Source: Eledone cirrhosa (Eukaryota). From it: a stretch of 64,000 bases of DNA. Below the pieces are notes generated by a model, which was not told the origin of the DNA, did no database searches, and saw only the letters and a list, made by a program, of their open reading frames with translations. Every line of letters starts with the position of its first letter. The first letter of the stretch is position 1. Both the position numbers and the translations under genes were made by a program. Location of the stretch: the NCBI GenBank assembly GCA_964016885.1, contig OZ024766.1, forward strand, positions 1,178,001 through 1,242,000, in the 5' to 3' direction. Shown in pieces: positions 1-15,588 of the stretch.

Positions 1-48
1 GTACTTTGGTGCGTTATTGTCCATCTGGTTCCTTACCACATTTCCTTC

Positions 49-88
<40 letters not shown>

Positions 89-168
89 TATGTATATATG
101 TGTGTATATATATATATATATATACAGATATATGTTTATATATATATATATATATGTATACATGGATA

Positions 169-209
<41 letters not shown>

Positions 210-220
210 GTTTATATATA

Positions 221-274
<54 letters not shown>

Positions 275-282
275 TATATATA

Positions 283-414
<132 letters not shown>

Positions 415-555
415 AAAGGATCGATCGACTTTCGTCAAATCGGACCAAGGAAACAATGTTTCCGTTGGTCTTTCCAGTACTCTCTATCGATCGCAACTCC
501 ATATATATATATGTATATATATGTATATATAGATATATATATATGTATATATATA

Positions 556-705
556 TGAAAATTGGTGGAAGCTGCGGAGTGGGTGGACCAAGAAAAACCT
601 GGGATGAGGTGATAAAGCCTGACCTTGCTCACCTACACCTCTCTAAGACAATGACACTGGATCGAGATCTTTGGCGCCATGCAGTTGTACAGAAGACCCG
701 ACTAC
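556..705 (+). mobile_element. RTE-clade LINE 3' end fragment
   Basis: Translates [20 protein letters not shown]...DRDLWRHAV, matching the RTE ORF C-terminal G-R-P-R-K-T-W...D-R-x-x-W-R pattern. Confidence 0.75.
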
Positions 706-863
706 CATTGCATACAAACCTACAGTCAGTTGGCACCCAACCGCCACAGCCTACCCCACGCTCCCTCTCCCGTTCTGTTCACTGCGTCGATGACGCAACA
801 GTCCACCCCGTAAGGTGGTGATGTAGGAGACACGGCGAAAAGTCACCAAGTCCAACTATAAAT

Positions 864-1010
864 GTGGTTGCTGTGAGGAAGGGCATCCAGCTGCAAAATA
901 CCTGCCAGAGACGCTTCCGAGTAAGCGTGGCATGGTCTCTGCAACAAATGGAACAAAACCGTCTAACCCATGCTAGCGGGGAGGATGGACGCTAGACAAT
1001 GATGATGATG
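864..1010 (+). mobile_element. SINE 3' portion with RTE-like (GAT)n tail
   Basis: aggaagggcatccagc...ccgtctaacccatgctagc...gatgatgatg; same family at 23165-23330, 23370-23530, 46600-46762, 58565-58730 and on minus at 29000-29160. Confidence 0.75.
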
Positions 1011-1084
1011 ATATATATGTATGTATATATATATATATATGTATATATACAGATATATATATGTATATATATAACATATATATA

Positions 1085-1118
<34 letters not shown>

Positions 1119-1151
1119 TATACATATATATATATATATACATATATATAC

Positions 1152-1212
<61 letters not shown>

Positions 1213-1439
1213 CATATATATATATACATACATATATATGTATATATATGTATACATATATATATACATATGCATATATATATATATATATATATTGAAA
1301 TGCGCATAATAAAATACATGGAACTCTTTTAACCATCTTTTGTTCTTATATATATATATATATATGTATATATATGTATATATATGTATATATACATATA
1401 TATACATATATATATACATATAAATGTATATATATATAT

Positions 1440-1782
1440 TTCGTTTCTGAATTTGTTTAGCAAGATTCTTTATCTGAAAACGTGTTGAAATCGATATTGT
1501 TGTACTTTGGGAGGGTCATGTTGCCAATAAGAAACACACGCACCAGTTGTTTCACTTCAATTTATTATAAATTAAATTTATAAATTTAAGAATTCATAAA
1601 TTTGCGGTTGTTTGGTCGGTTCCACAACCGAATGGTTGTTCATATATTGTCAAAGTTCTTTTGTCACACATTCTGTGACCTCTTCAGTGACTGGGGATTC
1701 TTTTCTTTGTTTTTGTGCTTCTCCTTTGTTCTGTCCTACGCCATCTTCAGAAGATGGCGTAGGACAGAACAAAGGAGAGGCA
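1440..1782 (-). mobile_element. Penelope-like terminal fragment with a degenerate hammerhead (1649-1691) and a short inverted 5' junction (hairpin about 1718-1781)
   Basis: Minus strand reads GUCA-CUGAAGA-GGUCAC...GUGAC-AAAA-GAAC-UU-UGAC; hairpin cctttgttctgtcctacgccatcttc/gaagatggcgtaggacagaacaaagg; homologous pieces at 42940-43120 and 47830-47964; flanked by (TA)n. Confidence 0.55.
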
Positions 1783-2095
1783 CATATACACATATATATA
1801 TATACATATATACATATAAATGTATATATATATATATATACATACATATATATACATATAAATGTATATATATATATATATATATATAAATGTATATATA
1901 TATATACATATAAATGTATATATATATATATATATATAAATGTATATATATATATACATATAAATGTATATATATATATATATATACATATAAATGCATA
2001 TATATATATATACATATAAATGCATATATATACAGATATATAGATATATACATATATATATACATATAAATGTATATATATATATATACATATAA

Positions 2096-2147
<52 letters not shown>

Positions 2148-2169
2148 ATGCATATATATATATATATAC

Positions 2170-2216
<47 letters not shown>

Positions 2217-2235
2217 CATATATATATACATATAC

Positions 2236-2282
<47 letters not shown>

Positions 2283-2356
2283 TACATATACATATATATA
2301 CATATACATATATATATATACAGATATATATATACACATATATATATATATACAGA

Positions 2357-2388
<32 letters not shown>

Positions 2389-2417
2389 CATATATATATA
2401 TATAGATATACATATAC

Positions 2418-2460
<43 letters not shown>

Positions 2461-2477
2461 TACATATACATACATTC

Positions 2478-2712
2478 CGATATCTTCATGGTGTGGACGT
2501 GGATGTCTTCAAGAATCATCTCGACACCCTTCTATCCTGGATCCCGGATCGGCCCACAGCACAGTAGAAAGGTAACCTAAGGGCAGCAGCAACAAACTCC
2601 CTCTTACAACAATGGCCAGCCAACACATGCTGGAGACAGAATGTGTAGCAACAAGGGTGGTGCCCCAGCATGGCCTCAGCCGGATGGCTGGAACAGGTAA
2701 AAGGGTAAAAGA
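2478..2712 (+). mobile_element. CR1/L2-like LINE 3' end fragment
   Basis: One frame reads [25 protein letters not shown]...RAAATNSL, resembling the C-terminus of invertebrate CR1-like ORF2. Confidence 0.55.
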
Positions 2713-2715
2713 GTA

Positions 2716-2746
<31 letters not shown>

Positions 2747-3294
2747 TATATGTGTTTATATATTTATATGTATATATGTATATATGTATATATATATATA
2801 TATGTGTTTATATATTTATATGTATATATGTATATATGTATATATATATATATGTATATATGTGTATATATACATATGTATATAAATATATCTGTTTATG
2901 TATATATATATATATAGATAGATATATAGAGATAGATATGTATATTTGTATATTTAAATATATATATGTGTGTGTATATATTTGTGTATACATACATGTC
3001 TATATACATATAAGTATACATATAAGTATATATATATGTATATATACATATATACATAGGTATGTATATATATATATATTCATTATATATTTATTTATAT
3101 ATATGTATTTACATGTATACATATATATATATATATGTGTGTGTACATAAATACATATATATACATATATACATATATACACACACAGATATATATATAT
3201 ATGTATATATATGTGTGTGTGTGTATAGGTATATATATATATATAGATATATACATATATATATATATATACACATATATATATATATACATAA

Positions 3295-3325
<31 letters not shown>

Positions 3326-3342
3326 CATAAATATATATATAC

Positions 3343-3389
<47 letters not shown>

Positions 3390-3390
3390 C

Positions 3391-3441
<51 letters not shown>

Positions 3442-3508
3442 CATAAATATATATATACATATATATATGCATATATATATATACATATATATATGCATAT
3501 ATATATGC

Positions 3509-3543
<35 letters not shown>

Positions 3544-3969
3544 TACATATATATATGCATGTATATATGTATATATATATATACATATATATATATGTAT
3601 ATATATACATATATATATGTATATATATACATATATATTGTATATATATATACATATATATATGCATATATATATATACATATATATATATACATATATA
3701 TGTACATATACATACATATACATATATATACATATGTATATATACATATATATACATATTTACATATATTTACATATATATATGTATTGTATATATGTAT
3801 ATGTATATATGTATATATATATATATGCATATATATATATATTTGTATATATATATGTATATGTATATATATATATATGTATATATATATATGTATATAT
3901 ATATGTATATCTATATGTATATCTATATATATATGTATATATATGTATATATATATGTATATCTATATA

Positions 3970-4022
<53 letters not shown>

Positions 4023-4139
4023 GTATATATATATGTATATATATATATATATGTATATATATATGTATATCTATATATATATATGTATATCTATATATAT
4101 ATATATGTATATATCTATATATATGTATATATATATGTA

Positions 4140-4170
<31 letters not shown>

Positions 4171-4405
4171 ATATGTATATATATATATGTATGTATATAT
4201 ATGTTATAGTGTATATATATATATGCATATATATATATGTATATGTATATAGATATATGCATATATATAAATGTCTATATATATGTATATATATATATAT
4301 TTATGTATATATCAATATATCTATGTATGTCTCTCTATATATATATATACCTATATGTATATGTATATATATATATATGTGTATATATATATGTATATAT
4401 ATATA

Positions 4406-4478
<73 letters not shown>

Positions 4479-4575
4479 ATATATATATATATATATGTGT
4501 ATATATATATGTATATATATATATCTATATATATCTATATGTATATATATATGTATATATATATATCTATATATG

Positions 4576-4610
<35 letters not shown>

Positions 4611-4754
4611 CTATATATATATGTATATACCTATATATATATATATGTATATATCTATACATATATATCTATATATATGTATATATATATATGTATATAG
4701 CTATGTATATGTATATATATATGTATATATATATATATGTATATGTATATGTAT

Positions 4755-4788
<34 letters not shown>

Positions 4789-4791
4789 ATC

Positions 4792-4822
<31 letters not shown>

Positions 4823-4823
4823 C

Positions 4824-4854
<31 letters not shown>

Positions 4855-4968
4855 CTATATATATATATCTATATAGATATATACATATAGATATATACAT
4901 ATAGATATATACATATATATATATATATAATATATAAGATCAAAAGATGGTTAAAGGAGTTCCATGTA

Positions 4969-5035
4969 TTTTATTATGCGCATTTCAAAAACAAACATCA
5001 TCATGCAATAATATTTGTGTTTTCATCAGATAAAA
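4969..5035 (-). ncRNA. Minimal type I hammerhead ribozyme (family A, left arm of palindrome)
   Basis: Reverse complement reads UUUUAU CUGAUGA [stem II] GAAA UGCGCA UA AUAAAA; core intact, stem I UUUUAU/AUAAAA. Confidence 0.85.
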
Positions 5036-5146
5036 CAGGAGAACATGATATGAAGGCTAAAAAACACTTGTTGATAGTGCAGTTTTAAATCAACATCAAC
5101 TGCACTATCCACAAGTGTTTTTTAGCCTTCATATCATGTCCTCCTG

Positions 5147-5213
5147 TTTTATCTGATGAAAACACAAATATTATTGCATGATGATATTTGTTTTTGAAAT
5201 GCGCATAATAAAA
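5147..5213 (+). ncRNA. Minimal type I hammerhead ribozyme (family A, right arm)
   Basis: UUUUAU (5147-52), CUGAUGA (5153-59), long AU-rich stem II, GAAA (5196-99), palindromic stem III AUGCGCAU, AUA triplet with cleavage predicted after 5207, AUAAAA. Confidence 0.88.
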
Positions 5214-5644
5214 TACATGGAACTCCTTTAACCATCTTTTGATCTTATATATTATGTATACTCCAGTCCTACAAACTGTAGAGTGCTTCTTATCTGATAT
5301 CTGCATTGCTTTATTGTACTACAATAAAACTCACCTCCTACATATATATATATATATATATACACATATATATATATATATATATATGAATACATAAATA
5401 TATATATATTATACATATATATATATATATGAATAAATAAATATATATATATTATATATATATATGTATACATATATATTATATATATATATATATATGC
5501 ATATATATGTACATATATTTATACATACATGTACATATATTTTTACATACATTTATATATATATATACATAAATATATATACACATACATATATAAATAT
5601 ATACCCATATATAAATATATACCCATATATATATGAATATATAC

Positions 5645-5689
<45 letters not shown>

Positions 5690-5790
5690 AGTGTATAAGC
5701 CTGTAAATAAAAATATAACCCTGTCAATACATCTCAAGACATGAATATTTATACAAAATAATACAAATATATATAATTCTATAGACTTAC

Positions 5791-5897
5791 CTTACAGCCA
5801 GTAATTGAATGACTTGCCAATTCCACACGTGCAAATGTTCCTTTGCCCAAGGTCCTTCCATAACATAACGACCAATGCATTGTATCTTCTTTCCCAT
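5791..5897 (-). CDS. Probable first coding exon of a CAMK-group (AMPK/SNF1/MARK/SIK-related) Ser/Thr kinase, with an apparent 1-nt frameshift
   Basis: gccATGG start at 5897; MGKKIQCIGRYVM then, after adding one G at 5858-59, GRTLGKGTFARVELASHSITGCK (Gly-rich loop GxGxFxxV); followed by donor GTAAGT at 5790-5785. Confidence 0.75.
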
Positions 5898-6456
5898 GGC
5901 TAACTTTATTTATACAGGTAACTCTTCCCTTCTTCTATTCACATAATAACCAACCATTTTTCATTCAAATTCATATAATATTAGTTGTTTTTTGTTTTGG
6001 TTTTTGAAAAAAAATCAATTTTTCAAATAAATAAAGCACCTTTGCTTATATATAATATATATAATAGCTTTTTTTGTGTGTGTGGAGGTAGGTTTCGTAC
6101 CATGTACGTTCCTTGGGGAAAGAAATTGGTGTGTGAGGGTTTGTTATTTTTCTCGTTTTCTTTTTCAATTAATTTGTCCCCTTTTTTTATGTCTCTCCCT
6201 TAAGTCCCTTTTTGGGGGGGAGGAGGGGGGTACAATGTACCTTCCTTTGAGAAGGAATGAGCGTGTGAGGGATTTTACCTTTCTTTTTATTATTTATTAA
6301 TTCATAGCCCCATTTTTTTTTATGTCTCTCCCTTAAATCCCTTTTTCCAAAAAAAATAGGGAGTCGGGATTTTGGTGGGGCAGTGGGGGTATGGGGTATT
6401 TCCTGCTTTTTCTCTCTCCTGTGTGTATATATATTATATAATCCTGTATCCGTTAC

Positions 6457-6490
<34 letters not shown>

Positions 6491-7181
6491 GTTGTGTTTT
6501 GTATTATTATATATTGTCTCCAGGATATATTGTATGCATGTATGTATATAATATATATATATGTGCGTGTATATATACTTTATATATATATTTATTCATA
6601 TAATATTTTTATACAATTAATTCCGTCTTCATTTCCCAGGAATCTGGTCAAACGAGTAAAATATAAATAAAGTACATCACCATTGTTTAAATATTGAGTA
6701 CTCCTTTCTCTTTATAAATAGATCCCATCACAATCCTTGTACTTCTGAACAATACTGTATATATACACACACATACATGCATATATATATATATATGAAG
6801 TCGACAGATTTTTTTATCAACCAACTTTCATCATATATATATATATATATATACATATATATATGTATGTATGTATGTATACACACAGGTTTTTTTATAG
6901 TCCGACCTTCCTCTCGTCTGCTCCTTTGAAATATCTCTATATATATCGTCTGCTTATGTTTGTATAAATCCTCTTTGTGAAAAAGAAATTTTATTTAAAA
7001 TATTTTGATATCTTAATATATATATATAATATATATATTAATTTTTATTCATATTATAATTATTATTTTTCTATTATGACACTCAATATATATATATGTG
7101 TGTGTAATATATATATTGTTTTATTTCATAAGCTATGTGTATTTATGTACAGGTATGCATATGTATATAAATATATATATG

Positions 7182-7212
<31 letters not shown>

Positions 7213-7533
7213 TTACACACACACACATATATATATATATATTTATATATATATTGATAATTTATATTGCTTTTTTGAGAAAAATTCATTCATAAATGTG
7301 TGTGTAGACGTGTATGTGTGCCTGTGTATATATAATATACATATACATATATATACATATATTATATGTATATAGAGTTGATATTTTTTAAAGATTTTTG
7401 CTTCAAATATAATGGTTTGTGTGTCTTTGTAAGTATATATGCATTAGTATGTGAATACATACATATATATATATATACATATATATATGTGTGTGTGTAT
7501 GTGTATATATATGTATATATATATATGTGTTGG

Positions 7534-7568
<35 letters not shown>

Positions 7569-8109
7569 GTATATATATATATGTATATATATGAGAGAGA
7601 GAGAAATATATACTAGAATCAGATTTCAACTTAATGGGTATATAATCTTTATGTGTATATTTCTAGAAGAGGGGGGGGAATATATTTTGTCTGTGTCTGT
7701 CTTTTTGTGTATAGTATATAAATGTATATATGCATGTCTTTCTCTTAATATATATGTGTGTATAATATATGTGTATATATATGTGTGTATATATATATGT
7801 GTATATATATATATGTCTATATATGTGGAAGTTTGCAGTGTGGTGTGTATGTATATAGTATATATATGTATGTATATATATATGTGGTGTTTTACAGTAT
7901 GGTGTGTGTGTGTGTATATGTGTATGTGTATATTTATGTGGTATTTTACAGTGTGGTGTGTGTGTGTATATATATGTGTATATATATGTGGTGTGCGTGT
8001 ATATATGTGTATATATATATCGTATCTTGCAGTATGGTGTGTGTGTATATAAATGTGTGTGTATATATGGTATTTTACAGTGTGGTGTGTGTGTATATAG
8101 TGTATATAT

Positions 8110-9597
8110 ATGTTTATACAAATCCCTATATTTAATCCGTCCTATGTGCGCGTGAACAAATGTTTTCCCATCACTCCATTTTAGAGGTATTTGAAGCTGT
8201 GTATTAATTCTGCTCAGATAATAACTCCAATGGTTGACATCTTTCAGAGCAACCACCCCCCTAGAAAACATTTTTAATAATGGCTACATGCCTCCACTGA
8301 AATGGCTTTTTCTCTGCTTATTGTGTTTGATTGTTACACACAGAATCTAACCAGATATATCTTGTCGTTGCTGTCCATCCATAATGAACGCAGTCTATAT
8401 ATATATCGATCTGTTTCCTTGATCTTAGTATAGAGAAATAAAACTGAAAACGTGAATATGTTTTTGGTTTTGTGTCGTTCAATCTGTGTGATAACTTGGT
8501 CATACAAGCTTCTGGTTGTATTTAATATGACTGGGGATATTTTGGCCAATAATGTTGTGGGTATTTCTGATAATGTTGGGGATATTTTGGGCAATAATGT
8601 TGTGGGTATTTCTGATAATGTTGGGGATATTTTGGGCAGTAATGCTGTGGGTATTTCTGATAATGTTGGGGATATTTTGGGCAATAATGTTGTGTGTATT
8701 TCTGATAATGTTGGGGATATTTTGGCCAATAATGTTGCAGGTATTAGTGATAATGTTGGGGATATTTTGGCCAATAATGTTGCAGGTACTAGTGATAATG
8801 TTGGGGATATTTTGGCCAATAATGTTGCAGGTACTAGTGATAATGTTGGGGATATTTTGGCCAATAATGTTGTGAGTATTTCTGATAATGTTGGGGATAT
8901 TTTGGGTTTTTTTTTTATGGTTATTTTTGGTATTGTTTGAGATAAAGTTTTTGATCGGGTCGGGGTTATTTTTGATCTGGTCGGGGTTATTTTTGATCTG
9001 GTTGAGGCTATTTTTGATCTGGTCGGGGCTATTTTTGATCTGGTTGGGGCTATTTTTGATCTGGTTGGGGCTATTTTTGACGTGGTTGTGGTTGGTGCAA
9101 ATCGTTTTGATATAACACATGATTCACTGAAGATTTGTGATTCATGTGGGTCATGTTGATGATGGTGATGATGTTGATGAAGCTGTAGTAGTGATGGTGA
9201 TGATGGTGATGGTGGTGGTGGCAGCGATTGTTTTCCTTGTAGTGTTGTTGATGATGATGATGATGATAATGGTAGTGGTACTGGCAATGAAGATGACAAC
9301 AATGATGATGATAGTAGTGGTGGTGGTAGTTGTGGTAGTTGTGATGATGATGGTGGTGATGATGATGATGATAGTGGTAGTGGAAGTAATAGTAGTAGTG
9401 GTGATAGTAGTAGTGGTGGTAGTAGAGGTGGTAGTAGAGGTGATAGCGGTAGTAGTGGTGGTGGTAGTAGTGGTAGTGGTGGTGATGATGGTGATGATAG
9501 TAGTAGCGGTGGTGGTAGTAGTAGTAGTAGTGGTAGGGGTGGTGATAGTGGTGGCGGTGATAGTAGTAGCGGTGGTAGTAGTAGTCGTAGTAGTAGA

Positions 9598-9645
<48 letters not shown>

Positions 9646-9820
9646 GGTAGTTGTGTCAATGAAACTATATGAATGTTTTGCTGCAGTAGCTGTTGTAGTT
9701 GACCAAATGGTACAATTACAAATACTACTACTACTACTACAACTACTGCTAACAGTGGTAATACTACTACCGACGCTTTCTGTCGTGTGTAAATTATGAG
9801 GAGAAGGGCATGGTAGGAAC
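8110..9820 (-). CDS. Possible low-complexity coding region (Ser/Thr/Pro/His-rich plus 7- and 15-aa repeats), frame uncertain
   Basis: ORF 8334-9977 spans most of it; repeat units are multiples of 3; non-repetitive peptide-like stretches at 8110-8520; no recognisable domain. Confidence 0.25.
8533..8905. repeat. 45-bp tandem repeat, about 8 copies
   Basis: Unit ggggatattttggccaataatgttgtgggtatttctgataatgtt; open in several frames (15-aa repeat). Confidence 0.9.
8948..9080. repeat. 21-bp tandem repeat, about 6 copies
   Basis: Unit atttttgatctggtyggggct; reads KIAPTRS or QIKNSPN on minus. Confidence 0.9.
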
Positions 9821-10620
9821 TATATGGTGAAGACAGTAGTACACAGTCGCTTGTTATATATGTGTGTGTGCGTGTGTCTGTGTGTGTGTCGTGTGGATGC
9901 GTGCGTGTACGCGTACATGTAGCACAAGTGTGTGTGTGTGTGTGTGTATGTGTGTGGTGGCTGAGCTGCGTGTGCATGTGTGTAACACACAGAAGGGAGG
10001 GTGGGGGTTGGTGCGACTACGACATACCGTGTGTGTGTCGATGTGTGTGTATGTGGGTGTGTGAGGATGTGTGTGAAGACGTGTGAGGATGTGTGTGTGT
10101 GAAGATGTGTGTGTGTGAAGATGTGTGTGTGTGGATGTGTGTGTGTGTGTGAGGATGTGTGTGTGTGTGTGTGAAGATGTGTGTGTGTGTGAAGATGTGG
10201 ATGTGTGTGTGTGTGAGGATGTGTGTGTGGATGTATGTGTGTGTATGGATGTGATGTGTGTATGAGAGAGTGTGTGTGTGTGTGTGCGAGAGAGAGTGTA
10301 TGAAGATGTGTGTGTGTGAGAGAGTGTGTGTGTGTGTGTGAGAGAGAGTGTGTGTGTATGAAGGTGTGTGTGTGTGTATGAAGATTTGTGTGTGTATGAA
10401 GATTTGTGTGTGTATGAAGATTTGTGTGTGTGCTATTTTTTCTTTTCAAATATGTAGGTATATATATAGATATATGTATATATATATGTATATATATATG
10501 TGTGTTTATATATATATATATATGTGTGTGTGTTGAACAGTTCACATATTTTTTAAATATATATTTTTTCTAATATATCCAAGAATTGCAGCTACATACA
10601 TATATATATATGCATGTATG

Positions 10621-10651
<31 letters not shown>

Positions 10652-10907
10652 ATGTATATATGTATATATATATGTATGTATATCAAGGTAAAAGTGGTGA
10701 ATCCAATTTTGAGAGAGTATATCCAGGTTTTCCAGACATCAAGAGACAAAGCATGTTGTTGTTGTTGTTGTTGTCGTCATAAATAGATCCACACACACAC
10801 ACACACGTATTATATATATATATATAAATTATATATATATATTTTTTATATATATATAAATTATATTATATTATATAAATTATATATATATATATATATA
10901 TTATATA

Positions 10908-10940
<33 letters not shown>

Positions 10941-11440
10941 GGTGTGTGTTCCTTCAGAAGCAGATGACGAAGATGGTGATGATGATGATGATGTCAATGA
11001 TAAATGCAGAAGACAGCCTGTTTTAAAACGTAAGCACTTGCTGTTGTTGTTGCTGCTGTAGTAGTAGTAGTAATAGTAGTAGTAGTAGTAGTAGTGGTAG
11101 CAGCAGCAGCAGCAGCAACAACAGCAGTAGTAGTAGTAGTAGTTAAATCCTCCGTGGTGGTTGTTGTTGTTGTTGTTGTGTTGTCTTTTGATCAACAGAG
11201 AGAGACAGAGAGAGGAAATGACAGGGTGGGGGAGGGGATATCTAGCCCCCCCACAAAAAAAATTAGATAACGACCCCTAGGTACGTAACGACGAAGCGAA
11301 GGCGTTCCAACGTGAATGAAACAGGCAGGTGCTTGTAATGGTGGAGGTGGTGGTGTTTGCAGTTGAGGTAGTGTTTGTGTTGGTGTAAATTGTGTTGTTG
11401 TTGATGATGATGGAGGTGTTATTGTTGTTGTTGGAGGTAG

Positions 11441-11471
<31 letters not shown>

Positions 11472-11810
11472 GGTGATAGTGTTTGTGGAGGAGGTGAAAG
11501 TGTTGTAGTTGCTGTTGTTGGTGTAGTGTTGTGAATGTATTATGTGAGTAGATATTAGAGTGACTCTGTTGTGTTGTTCAACAATAAAAGCAAGGGAGAA
11601 ATGGCAGACCTGAGAGGTAGTGTTGTGGTGGTAGTGTTGTGGTGGTGGTGTTGTGGTGTTGTTGGTGTTGTGGTGGTGGTGTTGTGGTGGTGTTGGTGTT
11701 GTGGTGTTGGTGTTGTGTTGGTGTTGTGGTGGTATTGTGGAGGTGTTGTTAGTGGTGGTGCTGTTGTGGTGGTGGTGTTGTGGTGGTGTTGTGGTGTTGT
11801 TGTGGTGGTG
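9160..11810. repeat. Trinucleotide (GTA/GTG/GAT/GTT) and (GT)n simple-repeat field
   Basis: Directly visible. Confidence 0.9.
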
Positions 11811-12227
11811 TAGTGTAGTGAATGTATTATGTGAGTAGATATTTAGTAGATATTAGTGTGACTGTGGAGTAGATATTAGTAGATATTAGTAGATATTAGT
11901 AGATATTAGTATGCCTGTGACTGTGTTGTCTTGTTCAACGATAAAACCATAAAACCAAGGGAGGAATGGAGAGGAATGGCGGAGGAGACAGGATCAGGGT
12001 TAAGAAAGTCGCTCTGAATTCATAGCAGGGTTCACTAACTTCCATTTAAGTAATCGTCCAAATCCTGTTGAAATTTTGCAGGCATTGACATAGTTTCTTG
12101 TGGTTCCTGCGTCAGTAGCTCCAACTACACACAGTTCGATACAAACGCCGATCATTTTTCTTCCATTCCAGAACGGCGAGAAACTTCGATCGATTTTTTA
12201 AAACTGTTCACCTCCCCTTCCTCTCGC

Positions 12228-12344
12228 TCTCCGACTGTCACTCTTACTGTCTCTATTAATCTCCCCCTCTCTCTCTATATATATATATATATTTCTTTCT
12301 CTCCATCTCCGACTGTCACTCTTACTGTCTCTATTAATCTCCCC

Positions 12345-12376
<32 letters not shown>

Positions 12377-12928
12377 TTCTCTCCCCCTCTCTCTCTCTAT
12401 ATATATATATATATCTTTCTCCCCCCCCCCTCTCTATATATATATATCTTTCTCTCCCCCTCTGACTGTCACTCTTACTGTCTCTATTAATCCCCCTCTC
12501 TCTCTATATATATATCTATCTTTCTCTCCCCCTCTGACTCACTTTTACTGTCTCTATTAATCCCCCTCTCTCTCTATATATATATCTATCTTTCTCTCCC
12601 CCTCTGACTGTCACTCTTACTGTCTCTATTAATCTCCCCCTCTCTATATATATATATCTATCTTTCTATCCCCCTCTGACTGTCTCTATTAACCCCCCCC
12701 CCCCTCTCTATATATATATATATATCTCTCCCCCTCTAACTGTCTCTATTAATCCCCGCCTCTCTCTCTCTATATATATATATCTCCCCCTCTGACTGTC
12801 ACTCTTACTGTCTCTATTAACCTCCACCTCTCTCTCTCTCTATATATATATCTATCTTTTTCTCCCCCTCCGACTGTCACTCTTACTGCCTCTATTAATC
12901 CCCCCCCCCTATATATATATATATATCT
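12228..12928. repeat. Roughly 60-75 bp compound minisatellite with variable (CT)n(AT)n core
   Basis: Repeated gactgtcactcttactgtctctattaatccccc, about 10 copies. Confidence 0.85.
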
Positions 12929-13099
12929 TCCTCTCTGTGTGTTAGTAATAGAGAGAGAGGAAGGGGAGGAACAATCTCTAACACTATCTATCTAACTCAC
13001 TCCTTCTCCCTCTCTCTCTATATATATCTGTCTCTTTCTCCCTCTGTTGGTGACTGGGAGAGACTGAAAGAGAAAGTGAAACAAAAATGGACGAGTATG

Positions 13100-15352
<2,253 letters not shown>

Positions 15353-15588
15353 ATGTTTGGTTGAAAGGAAGTACGTTATTAGGGAGGAATTAAGGAGAGA
15401 TACAACTAACACATGACAAAGATAAGCTAAGGGGACATAACTCAAATGCACCAATGACGTAATTTAAAAAATTAGGTCAGTTATATTTGGCCAGCTGCGC
15501 TGCGTCCGGGGTAAAAACCTTACTGTTCCTCACCTAGGGACTCCACAATCTCCCTCCATCTCTTTGTCAGGTACTTAGTATAGTTTAA

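Noticed and set aside
5255-5340. Candidate second kinase exon
   Set aside because: No VAIK-type frame; resembles the repeat fragment at 48288-48325
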